Assembly (NCBI GenBank): GCA_038087875.1
Contig: CM075988.1
Location: forward strand, 18,540,001 to 18,604,000
From: Malacoraja senta
Taxonomy: Eukaryota
Length of the DNA stretch: 64,000 bases
Reading direction: 5' to 3'
The first letter of the stretch is position 1, and each line of letters opens with the position of its first letter. A program made the translations under genes and the position numbers. This document shows positions 37,233 through 48,961 of the stretch, piece by piece. The notes beneath the pieces were generated by a model, which saw only the letters and a program-made list of their open reading frames with translations, ran no database searches and was not told where the DNA came from.

Positions 37233-37499
37233 ACGACGTACAGCGATTTTTGTGCTTATGTATAGTGATAATTTACTGAACTGTATGTAAAACAAATAAT
37301 TTCACTGTATCTTGGTACATGTGATAACGAAGAACCATTGGACCATTGAAACATTCATGGACTGGGCTAGAAATATTGTTGGGATGAACTGGGGGGGAGT
37401 TTATATCTGTGCATCAGTGCCTCAGCAGAATATGTTCTTCTCCGTTTTTTTTTGCCTATTGGTAATCAGGAAGTGTCTATAGAAGATTCTGGTTGCTGT

Positions 37500-37905
37500 G
37501 GTTCATGTTGTGTGGTGTTCAATAACCTGATGGTTGTTGGGAAGAAGCTGCTCTTAAACCTGGTGGTCAGTGTTTTCAGACTCCTGTATCTTCTTTCTGA
37601 TGGCAGCAGCGAGATGAGAGCGTGGCCAGGGTGGTGTGGGTCTTTGATGATGCTGGCTGCCTTTTTAAGGCAGAGCCTCCTGTAGATCCCTTCGATGGTG
37701 GGGAGTTTGGTACCTGTGATGGACTTGGTAAAAGCAGGAGAAGGTTTATATATAAGGATTGGTGACATTTCAGGTCGGAACCCTTCTTCAGACCAGAAAC
37801 ATTACCCATCCTTTTTCTCCAGAGATACTGCCTGACCCGTTGAGTTACTCTAGCACTTTGTGTCTATCTTTGGTTTAAACCAGCATCTGCAGTTCTTTGT
37901 TTCTT
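37500..37905 (-). mobile_element. Rex1/Babar 3' fragment followed by a PLE fragment (37725-37905)
   Basis: CLKKAASIIKDPHHPGHALISLLPSERRYRSLKT. Confidence 0.8.
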
Positions 37906-38299
37906 AAATTACAGAGGGTTTTCTTCCATGAGTGACCAACCTGCAAAATGACCGCATCTTGTGCTGCAGTAATTATCTCCGATACTATTTCTGATATAAA
38001 TGTGCACACACCAACTGTGCTGTCAGTGTATTTTCAAATTAACTGACAGGAAGTGTCGAATGTTGCAAATCTCAAGGAAACGTAACGATGGATTTCAAAG
38101 CATCAATCTAGGAAATCTGACATATAAGGGCAGCCGTCTTCCCTTCAACAGGGGAACACTTTAGTCTGAGGTCTTTAATCAGTTCTAAAAACAGAGTTTA
38201 GCTGAAACTTTACCCTTTCCCATTAAAACTAAGCTGTCCAACTACACTTCACGCTGCCCCGGCAGGGCCACCAGCATAATCAAGGACTGGTCTCACCTG

Positions 38300-38880
38300 G
38301 TCACTTGGTCATTCCCTCTTCTCCCCACTCCCATCAGGCGAGAGGTACAGAAGTGTGAAAACACACACCTCCAGATTCAGGGACAGTTTCTTTCCAGTTG
38401 TTATCAAGATGGTTCACTCCGCGAAAAAGCCGTAGCAGCTGATGGGTAATCTTGAGCGCCATTTCTGTAACCGGCTTCAGTCATGGCGTCCACATCTACA
38501 AGCGGAGCGTATTGCTCTGCTATAATTTGCTCGAATCGCCAATGTAGGCGACCTGACTTGTCTTTCATCAGGTTCCCCACGAAAACACTCTAGTATCTTT
38601 GGTTGTTATCCTACAACTGAACCATCCTATCACCAATTGGAGAGTGGTCCTGACCTACCATCTTCCTCATTGGAGACCCTCGGGTTATTTTTAATCAGAC
38701 TTTACTGGGCATTATCTTGCACTAAACATTGCCTTTATCATGCATCTGTGCACAGTGGACCATTTTTTGACTGCAATCATGTGTTGTCTTTCTGTTGAAT
38801 AGCATGCAATATCTTTCTGTTGGATAGCATGAAAAAGCTTTTCACAGTATCTCAGTACATATGACAATACCTTAAACTAA
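38300..38880 (+). mobile_element. Rex1/Babar 3' fragment with a nested MITE
   Basis: GHSLFSPLPSGERYRSVKTHTSRFRDSFFPVVI, then a 3'UTR ending gacaatac..aaactaa. Confidence 0.75.
38405..38601. mobile_element. hAT-type MITE (CAAAGAT termini)
   Basis: Perfect 8-bp TSD GTTGTTAT (38397-38404, 38602-38609); termini CAAGAT / ATCTTTG. Confidence 0.7.
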
Positions 38881-40019
38881 CTGTTGGTCCGGGCAAGATT
38901 TACTTTTATTCCCATGCCACTCAGCACTATTTTTCATATGGGAGATGATTTGTGGACTGACGTTGATATTCATGATATCTGAAGCTCTGTAATAAAAGAA
39001 GCATAAACTATGTAAATATTACGCAACTTGCAATAAAAGCGGCCACTTCGCGTCCTTAAGAAATGTTCATTCAACACATCACATGCTAACACTTGTTTCA
39101 GGTTTGCAACACGACAGCCTGAATTATTTAAACTTTACAATAAATCCCAGATCGCTTCAACACAGTCAAAGCATCTTAAACCCAGTGGTGACGGTTTTCG
39201 AAAGAGTGCTCATTGCCATAACGTAGGAAACTTTGCAGCTAATATTCAGGAAAAGTTTCCAGGAACAATTATGTGATAATCACCAGATAATCCACTGTAG
39301 TACTCACTGCCAGGGGTGGCAGATAGTGCCCTTCAAGGGCCTGTTGGATAGTCATATAGAGATGCAGGGAATGGAGGGACATGGATTATATGCAGGCAGA
39401 TAAGAGTTAATCTTGGCTTCATGTTTGGCACAAACATTGTGGGCCAAAGGCCCTGTTGCTGCACTGTACTGTTCTATGTTCTATGTTCTCCTCCCCCTTC
39501 TGTCGTGGGTAGACTGAGGCTGACTCCCCCCCTCCCCAATCTTTGCACATCTCCAATCCTTTCCACTCATCACTTTAATTTCATGTTTCATATATTTTGT
39601 GTTTTTATGATCAATTTCCCTCCTGGGATAAATAAAGTTCTATCGCATCGTATCGTTCAAATAAGGACCAGCGTCAGATTTACCTCCAAGTCCCACACTA
39701 ACCTGGCTTGCAAATGTATCACCACTTCTACATTGGATGTGACTCTAAATTCGGGCATCCCTTCCCAACAGCAGGTTGGAGCACCTTCACCAGAAGGATC
39801 GAAGGGGGTGAAGAGCACTCACCACCACTCTCTCAAAGGCAATTAGCCGAGGGCTATAAATGATCCCAGAGACACCCTTCAGACACGATAGAGGGGATAT
39901 CACCTCAGATGGTCATATAAGTGTCAAGGGGGTTCTTGTGTAAAGACAGGTACGAACACCACTGAGTATGACACTATTGAATGTAAAGATATTACAAAAT
40001 ATTTGAAGAGTTTTTATGT

Positions 40020-40333
40020 GGTTTTTGTTTGGTTTAGTTAAGTTCAGAGATGCAGCGCGGAAACAGGCCCTTCGGCCCACCGAGTCCGCCCTGCCCAGCG
40101 ATCCCCACACATTAACACTACCCTACACACACTAGGTGACAATTTAACGTTTATACCAAGACAATTTACCCGCAGAATTGTACGTCTTTGGAGTGTGGGA
40201 GGAAACCGAAGATTCCGTAGAAAACCCACGGTCATGGGGAGAGTGAACAAACACCGTATAGACAAGCACCCATAGTCAGGATCGAACCTGGGTGTCTGGC
40301 GCTGTAAGGCGGTAGCTCTACCTCTACGCCACC
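40020..40333 (-). mobile_element. HE1-type V-SINE (extreme 5' end displaced to 43907-43917 by the CR1 insertion)
   Basis: ctacgCCACC|...|CCACCgtgccc rejoins the SINE head. Confidence 0.85.
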
Positions 40334-40447
40334 ATATAACCATATAACCATATAACCATATAACCATAACAGCACGGAAACAGGCCATCTCGGCCCTTCA
40401 AGTCCGTGCCGAACATTTTTTTTAAATTAAAAATAAAATACTTCCCC

Positions 40448-43393
40448 CTAGTCCCATCTACCTGCACTCAGACCATAACCCTCCATTCCTTTCCCGTCCA
40501 TATACCCATCCAATCTATTTTTAAAGGATAACATCGAACCTGCCTCCACCACTTCCACTGGAAGCTCATTCCACACAGCTACCACTCTCTGAGTAAAGAA
40601 GTTCCCCCTAATGTTCCCCCTAAACTTCTGTCCCTTAAATCTCAAGTCATGTCCCCTTGTTTGAATCTTCCCTACTCTCAATGGGAAAAGCTTATCCACG
40701 TCCACTCTGTCTAACCCGCTCATAATTTTAAAGACCTCTATCAAGTCCCCTCTTAACCTTCTGCGCTCCAAAGAATAAAGACCTAACTTGTTCAACCTTT
40801 CTCTGTAACTTAGTTGCTGAAACCCAGGCAACATTCTAGTAAATCTCCTCTGTACTCTCTCTATTTTGTTGACATCCTTCCTATAATTAGGTGACCAAAA
40901 TTGTACTCCATACTCCAGAATTGGCCTCACCAATGCCTTGTACAATTTTAACATTACATCCCAACTTCTATATTCAATGCTCTGATTTATAAAGGCCAGC
41001 ACACCAAAAGCTTTCTTTACTACCCTATCTACATGAGATTCCACCTTCAGGGAACTATGCACAGTTATTCCTAGATCCCTCTGTTCAACTGCATTCCTCA
41101 ATTCGCTACCATTTACCGTGTACGTCCTATTTTGATTTGTCCTGCCGAGATGTAGCACCTCACATTTGTCAGCATTAAACTCCATCTGCCATCTTTCAGC
41201 CCACTCTTCCAAATGGCCTAAATCTCTCTGTAGACTTTGAAAATCTACTTCATTATCCACAACACCACCTATCTTAGTATCATCTGCATACTTACTAATC
41301 CAATTTTCCACACCTTCATCCAGATCATTGATGTACATGACAAACAACAGTGGACCCAACACAGACCCCTGAGGCACCCCACTAGTCACCGGCCTCCAAC
41401 CTGACAAACAGCCATCCATCATTACTCTCTGGCATCTCCCATTCAGCCACTGTTGAATCCATCTTGCTACTCCACCATTAATACCCAACAATTGAATCTT
41501 CTTAACCAACCTTCCATGAGGAACCTTGTCAAAGGCCTTACTGAAGTCCATATAGACAACATCCACTGCTTTACCCTCATCAATTTCCCTAGTAACCTCT
41601 TCGAAAAATTCAAGAAGATTAGTCAAGCATGACCTTCCAGGCACAAATCCATGTTGACTGTTCCTAATCAGACCCTGCTTATCCAGATGCTTATATATAT
41701 TATCTTTAAGTATCCTTTCCATTAATTTGCCCACCACTGACGTCAAACTAACAGGTCTATAATTGCTAGGTTTACTCTTCGAACCCTTTTTAAACAACGG
41801 AACAACATGCGCAGCACGCCAATCCTCCGGCACTATTCCCGTTTCTAATGACATTTGAAATATTTCTGTCATAGCCCCTGCTATTTCTACACTAACTTCC
41901 CTCAATGTCCTAGGGAATATCCTGTCAGGACCTGGAGACTTATCCGTTTTCATATTTTTCAAAAGTGTCCGCACCTCCTCTTCTTTGAATCTCACAGTTT
42001 CCATTGCTACTCTGCTCGTTTCCCTTACCTCACATAATTCCATATCCTTCTCCTTCGTGAATACCGAAGAAAAGAAATTGTTCAATATCTCCCCCATCTC
42101 TTTTGGCTCTGCAGATAGCTGTCCACTCTGACTCTCTAATGGACCGATTTTATTCCTTGTTATCCTTTTGCTATTAATATAGCTGTAGAAACCCTTTGGA
42201 TTTACTTTCACCTTACTTGCCAAAGCAACCTCATATCTTCTTTTAGCTTTTCTAATTTCTTTCTTAATATTCTTTTTACATTCTTTATACTCCTCAAGCA
42301 CCTCATTTACTCCATGCTGCCTATAATTATTGTAGATCTCTCTCTTTTTCCGAACCAAGTGTCCAATTTCCCTTGAAAACCATGGCTCTTTCCATTTTTT
42401 ACTATTTCCTTTCAACCGAACAGGGACATAAAGATTCTGTACTCTTAAAATTTCACCCTTAAATGTCCTCCATTTTTCTTCTACATCCTTCCCATAAAAC
42501 AACATGTCCCAATTCACTCCTTTTAAATCCTTTCGCATCTCCTCAAAGTTAGCCTTTCTCCAAACAAAAATCTCAACCCTAGGTCCAGTTCTGACCCTCT
42601 CCATAATTATATTGAAACTAATGGTATTGTGATCACTGGACCCGAAGTGCTCCCCGACGCATACCTCCGCCACTTGCCCTGTCTCATTTCCTAACAGGAG
42701 GTCCAGCACTGCCCCTTCTCTAGTAGGTACCTCTATGTATTGCTGCAAAAAACTATCTTGCACACATTTTACAAACTCCAAACCATCCAGCCCTTTTACA
42801 GAATGTGTTTCCCAGTCTATGTGTGGAAAATTGAAATCTCCCACAATCACTACCTTGTGCTTACTACTAATATCTGCTATCTCCTTACATATTTGCTCTT
42901 CCAATTCTCGCTCCCCATTTGGCAGTCTATAATACACCCCTATAAGTGTTGCTACACCTTTCCCATTTCTCAGTTCCACCCAAATAGCCTCCCTAGACGA
43001 GCCCTCTAATCTATCCTGCCAAAGCACTGCTGTAATATCTTCCTTGACAAGCAATGCAACACCCCCACCTCTTGCCCCTCCAATTCTATCACCCCTGAAG
43101 CAACGAAATCCTGGAATATTTATTTGCCAATCACAGCCCTCCTGCAACCATGTTTCACTGATCGCCACAACATCATACTTCCAGGTGTCAATCCAGGCTC
43201 TAAGCTCATCCACCTTTCTTACAATGCTCCTAGCATTAAAATATACACATTTAAGAAACCCACCACCACTTATTCTCTGTTTATTATCTTTTTCTTCTTT
43301 CTCCCCTACATTTTGGGTCCGAGTGCTTCCCTTCTCTGCCTCCTGCCTCCCACATTTTACACTAGCTTTCTCTATTTGAGTCCCTCCCCCCAA
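40448..43393 (-). CDS. CR1 ORF2 polyprotein: APE endonuclease + reverse transcriptase (981 codons, uninterrupted; true start uncertain)
   Basis: YFNARS, ISETW, GDFN, SDHN; SPGPD, NYRPVSLTS, QHGF, YMDFSKAFDKV, PQGSVLGP, YADD, RGH. Confidence 0.93.
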   Translation of the reverse strand: MGGGTQIEKASVKCGRQEAEKGSTRTQNVGEKEEKDNKQRISGGGFLKCVYFNARSIVRKVDELRAWIDTWKYDVVAISETWLQEGCDWQINIPGFRCFRGDRIGGARGGGVALLVKEDITAVLWQDRLEGSSREAIWVELRNGKGVATLIGVYYRLPNGERELEEQICKEIADISSKHKVVIVGDFNFPHIDWETHSVKGLDGLEFVKCVQDSFLQQYIEVPTREGAVLDLLLGNETGQVAEVCVGEHFGSSDHNTISFNIIMERVRTGPRVEIFVWRKANFEEMRKDLKGVNWDMLFYGKDVEEKWRTFKGEILRVQNLYVPVRLKGNSKKWKEPWFSREIGHLVRKKREIYNNYRQHGVNEVLEEYKECKKNIKKEIRKAKRRYEVALASKVKVNPKGFYSYINSKRITRNKIGPLESQSGQLSAEPKEMGEILNNFFSSVFTKEKDMELCEVRETSRVAMETVRFKEEEVRTLLKNMKTDKSPGPDRIFPRTLREVSVEIAGAMTEIFQMSLETGIVPEDWRAAHVVPLFKKGSKSKPSNYRPVSLTSVVGKLMERILKDNIYKHLDKQGLIRNSQHGFVPGRSCLTNLLEFFEEVTREIDEGKAVDVVYMDFSKAFDKVPHGRLVKKIQLLGINGGVARWIQQWLNGRCQRVMMDGCLSGWRPVTSGVPQGSVLGPLLFVMYINDLDEGVENWISKYADDTKIGGVVDNEVDFQSLQRDLGHLEEWAERWQMEFNADKCEVLHLGRTNQNRTYTVNGSELRNAVEQRDLGITVHSSLKVESHVDRVVKKAFGVLAFINQSIEYRSWDVMLKLYKALVRPILEYGVQFWSPNYRKDVNKIERVQRRFTRMLPGFQQLSYRERLNKLGLYSLERRRLRGDLIEVFKIMSGLDRVDVDKLFPLRVGKIQTRGHDLRFKGQKFRGNIRGNFFTQRVVAVWNELPVEVVEAGSMLSFKNRLDGYMDGKGMEGYGLSAGRWD

Positions 43394-43398
43394 CCGTT

Positions 43399-43906
43399 CT
43401 AGTTTAAAGTCTCCCCAGTAGCCTTTGCAAATCTCCCCGCCAGGATATTGGTGCCCCTCGGGATCAAGTGCAACCCGTCCTTTCTGTACAGGTCACTCCT
43501 TCCCCAAAAGAAATCCCAATGATCCAGAAATTTGAATCCCTGCCCGCTGCACCAGTTCCTCAGCCACGCATTTATCCTCCACCTCACTCCATTCCTACTC
43601 TCACCGTCACGTGGCACAGGTAGTAATCCCGAGATTGTTACCTTTGTAGACCTTCTCCTTAACTCTCCTCCCAACTCCCTAAATTCTCCTTTCAAGACCT
43701 CTTCTCTTTTTCTACCTATGTCATTGGTACCTATATGTACCACAACCTCAGGCTCCTCTCCCTCCGATTTCAGGATACCTTGGACGCGTTCAGACACATC
43801 CCTGACCCTGGCACCAGGGAGGCAAACTACCATCCGGGTCTCCTGACTGCGTCCACAGAATCGCCTATCCGACCCCCTAACCATAGAGTCCCCTATTACT
43901 ATTGCC
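43399..43906 (-). pseudogene. CR1 ORF1 SGNH esterase-like domain (N-terminally truncated)
   Basis: IVIGDS, LPGA, HIGTND, DGLHL. Confidence 0.9.
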
Positions 43907-44149
43907 CCACCGTGCCCCACCCCAATATATTTGCTTTGCACATAGTCAATAATTCTGAAAAAAGTTAATTTATGGAATGAATAAAACAAAATAAATGTTC
44001 CCATTGAGGCCTGTCCAAAAAATATAGAACCTAGAACAGTGCTGCGCAAGAACAGGTCAGTCAGCCCACAATGTTTGTGCTGAACATGATGTTAAGACCA
44101 CTTCTTTGCTGCATTTGCATCCCTCCAAGTTGGCTTATTGGGCTGGTCA

Positions 44150-44560
44150 ATCGCTGCCAATGGCTCACAATCCTCTAAACCTCTGTCCATAAATCTGTCC
44201 CAAATAAATCATAATTGTATCCATTTCTATAGCTTCCTCCAGTAGCTCATTCCAGAAATGTACAACCCTGAAAATGTAAACTGTTGCGGCTGTGCCCTCT
44301 AGTTTTTGAATCCTCTAACTTGGAATAAAAAACTATGAGTATTCAGTCCATCCATGCCCTTCATGGTCTTGTGCACTTCAATAAGATCACCCCTCAGCCT
44401 CCGACACTCCAAACAAAATAGTCTCTGCCTGTGCAACCTCTCCTAGTAACTCAGGCCCACAAGCACAAGGAACATCCTGGTGAATCTGCTTTGCAAACCT
44501 TTTCAACCTAACAACAACTTCCCTGAAGCTGGGCCACCATATATATAACTGCACACCAGC
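44150..44560 (-). mobile_element. Old CR1 3' fragment
   Basis: Degenerate LFGVSEAEGDLIEVHK remnant. Confidence 0.6.
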
Positions 44561-45149
44561 ACAGTGTGGCGGTTTCATTTGATTACACTACCGTAAAGTG
44601 TCTTGGAACATTTAGTTTGTATTAAAATTCAATATAAGTAGAAGTGCTGGCTACAACTGTGCTGTTATATCTGATGATAAGAGTTCTTCAATTTGGAGTT
44701 CTAAGCCACAGAACTCGAAGACTAGCATCGTCCAAGGCTACACAAACACTTGATATACACTCTCTGCTTTCCGCTCGCGTGCATTGATTGCATTTCAAAC
44801 TTGAATGAGTGTTGCTTCTTGACCCGCAGTGAGAGGATAGTCTTGGCATTAATGAGTGGAAAAGGCTCAGTGCAAGAAGGTTAAATGAAAGCACAAGGGT
44901 TTCTCACTGCGATGAAGCACAAAGCCTGGTTCTGCTGTGGTTCACCACCTGAGTCTGATTAACGATCCACCACCAAGTTCAAGTTCAGGTTTGTTGTCAT
45001 ATCCACAAGTGCGGCAAAGTGCAGCGGGAAAGAAAGCCTTGCTTGCAGCCGCATCACAGGCACATAGACTCAGTCAAACACATGAACAAATAATCTATAA
45101 ATTACATGCACAAATCCAAAAGACTGCACAAACAAAAACCAAGACACTT

Positions 45150-47050
45150 GTGCAAAAACATAATTAGTAAAGAAAGGCAAGGGAAGTTTGTTTAACTTGG
45201 TACTATGTTCGTCATGGACATTGTGGGCCGAAGGGCCTGTTCATGTGCTGTACTGTTCTATGTTCCACATTCCGTGTTAAGACGCAGCCTCCACTGACAT
45301 GTTAAAAACAAGAGCAATATATAGTCCGTAGTGTTCCATTGCTGAAGTACGGTTATAATAATAATGATAATGCATTTTGTTTGCAGGCGCCTTTCTGGAC
45401 ACCCAAGGACACCTTACAGGACATAAAATCACAATAAATTTATCAATATTAAATTTAACAAAGAAACATATGAACATATAATCAGAGTAAAATAAGTTAT
45501 AAAGACATCACAAATACATAAATTAAAAACAGAAATTTGATCCAAAGAAGACAACAACAAAATTCAGAAAACACAAGATGAAGGGAGAGCAGCGGCAGCC
45601 AAACCGCGCCAGCGTACACTCTCCCTTCCGACCGCCATGTTGGACATAGACTCACAGACTAACACAGACACTTAACACTACACACAAAATCATCCCCCCA
45701 CAATGGTTACCACTGTGGGGGAAGGCACAATGTCCAGTCCCCAACCCAGTTCTCCCCAGAGTCAGGCCCATCGAGGCCGCCACAGTTGCCTCTATGGAGG
45801 CCCGATGTTCCTGGCCGTCGGGAGAGTCCTCGCAGCGGCTGGAACGGCCGGTTTCCCAGCGGAGTCCGTGGCACCTGAAGCCGACAGGGCCGCGCCGATT
45901 TGGAGCCACGATTCGGAGCCACGAGGCTCCCGATGTTAAAGTCGGCGCCGCCGCCCGCAGCTGGTCGCTCCGCAGACCGGCAGCCCGGAGGTGTTGATCT
46001 CGGCGGTCATCGCATACCGGAGCACCAGCGCGTCGATCCAGCGCGGCGACCCAGGCAAGGCATCGCCCGCTACGCTCCACGATAGCGCTCCAGCGCTGTG
46101 CCGCCACCGAAGCTGAAGGTGCTGGGCGGTCCCCGTCAGGAAACGGCGCTCCATGCCCGCTGGTTGGCCACGAGGACGGGTCGACGGGGCAGCCCAGAGA
46201 AAAAGCTGCCTCACCGACCAGGTAGGGACCTAGGATATAATTACCCCATTCACCCTACACTTAAAAGTAGAATACTCCCACACACTAGACAATGGACACA
46301 CTAAAACTATTAAAAAAAGTGATTTAAACGGACGGCTGCTGGTTAGCAGCCGTTCCCCAACGTGACTCCTCCTCCGGTTAGTGTTATGTAGGTAGACACA
46401 AAATGCTGGAGTAACTCAGCAGGACAGGCAGCATCTCTAGAGAGAAGGAATAGGTGACGTTTCAGGTCGAGACCCTTCTTTAGACTGTAGGTTGTAGGTT
46501 GTAGATGTAGATTGGTTTAAGAACCTGATGGTTGAAGGAAAGTGACTGTTCCTGAACCTGGTGGTGTGGGACTTCATACTTCTGTACCTCCTGCCCGACG
46601 GCAGCAGTGAGTAGTGCAAAAGCATAATTAGAAAAGAAAGGCAGAAGAGGTTAATTTAACTTGGTATCATGTTCAGCATGGACATTGTGGACCAAAGGGC
46701 CTGTTCATATGCTGTACTGTTCTATGTTCGTAGTAAAAATAAGTCCATGGCAGTGAAATAGATAGTCCATTGTCTTCCATTGCTGAGGAGGGTTAATGTT
46801 ATGATGAAGGGTCTCGACCCGAGACGTCAGCTATTCCTTCTCTCCAGTGATGCCACCTGACCCGCTGAATTACTCCAACTTTTTGTGTCCATCATCGGTT
46901 TAAACCAGCATCTGCAGTTCCTTCCTGCACATTTAGTGTTATGTAGGTTGGTTCAAGAACCTGATAGTTGTAGGAAAGTAACTGTTTCTGACCTGGTGGT
47001 GTGGGACTTTCAAGCTTCTGCACCTCCTGCCCAACGGGAGCAGTGAGATG
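45150..47050. repeat. Old tandem duplication of a Rex1(-)/CR1-tail composite unit
   Basis: gtgcaaaaacataattag...ctatgttc at 45150-45266 recurs at 46614-46728, each followed by the same Rex1 segment. Confidence 0.7.
45356..46374 (-). mobile_element. GC-rich non-autonomous retroposon (copy 2; L2-like tail)
   Basis: 6-bp TSD CGGTTA (45350-45355, 46375-46380); tail GTAAGGTGTCCTTGGG...GAAAGGCGCC...(ATT)n. Confidence 0.82.
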
Positions 47051-47589
47051 AGTTCAACAAATACACCGTCAGGTTCTGGGTACATTTCTTTCACACACAC
47101 GATACAAGATGGTGAATTCACCAAACAAATCAAGTGGCACAAGCTTTAGTTTGCTTTGTTGCACCTCAATGGCAGAGGAAGCCGCAACAGTGTTGATGTA
47201 GAACAGGACTGTCAATGTGTTGAAAATGTGTAATTCAAACGAAACTGTATTCAATTCATTCATTCAGCTTTACAACGAAAAACTGATCAACTGACATTAA
47301 CTGGGTGTAGCCTGAAAATGATTAAATGCTTTCCATTTCCATTGGTTTCCGTCCTTTATAGTTGGGCAGGCATCTGATAAAGTAATCCCATAATGAAAGG
47401 GGAATTTAATTAAAATCATGGATGGTTTCATGCCACAGTGTGGCAGATAATGTGACACAAGCCACCAAGGTTGGAAATCTGGGAGCAGAGTAATTTAAAA
47501 GACATTTGGACAGGCGGGTGGATGTGGAAGGTTTAGAGAGATATGAGCCAAATGCAGGCAAATTGGACTGGTGGAGATGGGCATCTTAA

Positions 47590-48890
47590 TCGACAAGTCG
47601 AGTTGAGTTCATTGCCATCTGCACAGGTGCGGTGAAATACAGGTAGAGTGGAAACCTTGCATGTAGCAACATCACAGCCACATAGATTCAGACAACACCC
47701 AAAAACATCAAATATGCAGAAAACAGATTAGCTCTTCAAACCAATGAACGAAGATGACTGTGCAAGAAAAAATAAGACGTTAGTGCAAAAATACAGTTAG
47801 AAAGCAAGTCGCGATAGTGCAAGAGGTGGTACGTAGTGTTCCGTTACCGAGGTAGGATTAGGGTCAGGGGCGGAAAACCCGGGGGGGGGAGCAGAGGGGA
47901 CACGTCCCCTCCATGTTTTGAGAGGTGGGGGACATCCCCCCCAAGTTTTTGTGATCCGTATTTTAAAACCCGGTGAAATCTCCGCTTTCTGCGAGACAGT
48001 GGGGGTGGGACTGCTGATTGAGGGCGCCGATTGGACGAGAGAGACGTCGGTCAGCAGGCAATGGGGGCGGGACATGATAATTCAGCGCGATGATTGGAGG
48101 AGGGAGGGGGGGGGGAGTGGGACTGAGGATAGAGTGCGGTGATTGGAGGAGGGAGACGTGGCATAGACCTGTGCTTCATCCGCAGGCAGGATCGATCCCG
48201 GCCGGGTCACCGGCGCTGTCCCGTCCCCACCGAGTGCCCCCGCGGGTGGCCAGAGAGGTCAGCAGCAGAGATCCTTCGCTATAGGATCTTTGGTCGGTAG
48301 TCAGACCGGCGTGGTGCCCCCCAGGCCCACAGCCAGCCTAGAGAAGCAGCGCTAAACCAGGTCAACTCTGCCTGTCCCGCCAGGTGAACCTATAGCCCTT
48401 CCTGGACTTGCGGGAAATATGGCCAGCGCGGAGAAGCAGCGCTGGTGTCCCGTCAGTCCAGACAGGGCTGTAGTTAACCCCGTGAGACAGGCAGAGTTGA
48501 GCTGCATTTAGCGCTGGATTGAGCCTCCGAAGCAAAGATACTACCTCGCACGTGTGTGTGTGAGTGTGCGCATGCGCGCGCGGCCGCCAAAAAAATTGAG
48601 TCCCCCGTCCCCTCCATGTTTTGATAGCGAGATCCGCTCTTGATTAGGGTTGTGCGGATTGGTTCAAGAACTTGATGGTTGTATGAATGTAGCTGTTCCT
48701 GGACCTGGTGGCGTGGGACTTCAAGATTCTGTACCTTCTGCCCGATGGTAGTAGCGAGAAGAGGACGCAGCCCGGATGGTGGAGATCCTTGATGATAGAT
48801 GCCGCCACTCGAGGCAGTGCCCTGGTGTAGATGCTTTCGATGGTGGGGAGGGCTGTGCCCGTGATGTCTCAGGCTGAGTCCATGGGATAT
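47590..48890 (-). mobile_element. Rex1/Babar 3' fragment with a nested hAT element
   Basis: IIKDLHHPGCVLFSLLPSGRRYRILKSHATRSRNSYIHTTIKFLNQ remnant; UTR continues on the other side of the hAT. Confidence 0.75.
47865..48642. mobile_element. hAT-type non-autonomous transposon
   Basis: Perfect 8-bp TSD ATTAGGGT (47857-47864, 48643-48650); termini CAGGGGCGGA / TCCGCTCTTG. Confidence 0.88.
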
Positions 48891-48961
48891 CTGACATGGT
48901 AACAAAATAAGTCGTTGCTCATTTCAGATAGGGATGAGGAGCAAATTCTTCTCAGTCTGAT

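Larger units (their letters stand above)
40334..43906 (-). mobile_element. CR1 LINE family B, young, 5'-truncated within ORF1
   Basis: 5-bp TSD CCACC (40329-40333, 43907-43911); perfect (TTATATGG)n tail; uninterrupted ORF2. Confidence 0.96.

Noticed and set aside
43907..44049. N-terminal extension of the 216-aa ORF1
   Set aside because: Lies outside the TSD; chance open frame in SINE head and flanking DNA.
46330..46374. HDV-like ribozyme at the 5' end of the GC-rich family
   Set aside because: Only a simple hairpin (ACGGCTGCT/AGCAGCCGT); the double pseudoknot could not be built.
47865..48642. Host CpG-island promoter with CCAAT and GC boxes
   Set aside because: Wholly inside an 8-bp-TSD hAT element; no evidence here of a host transcript.
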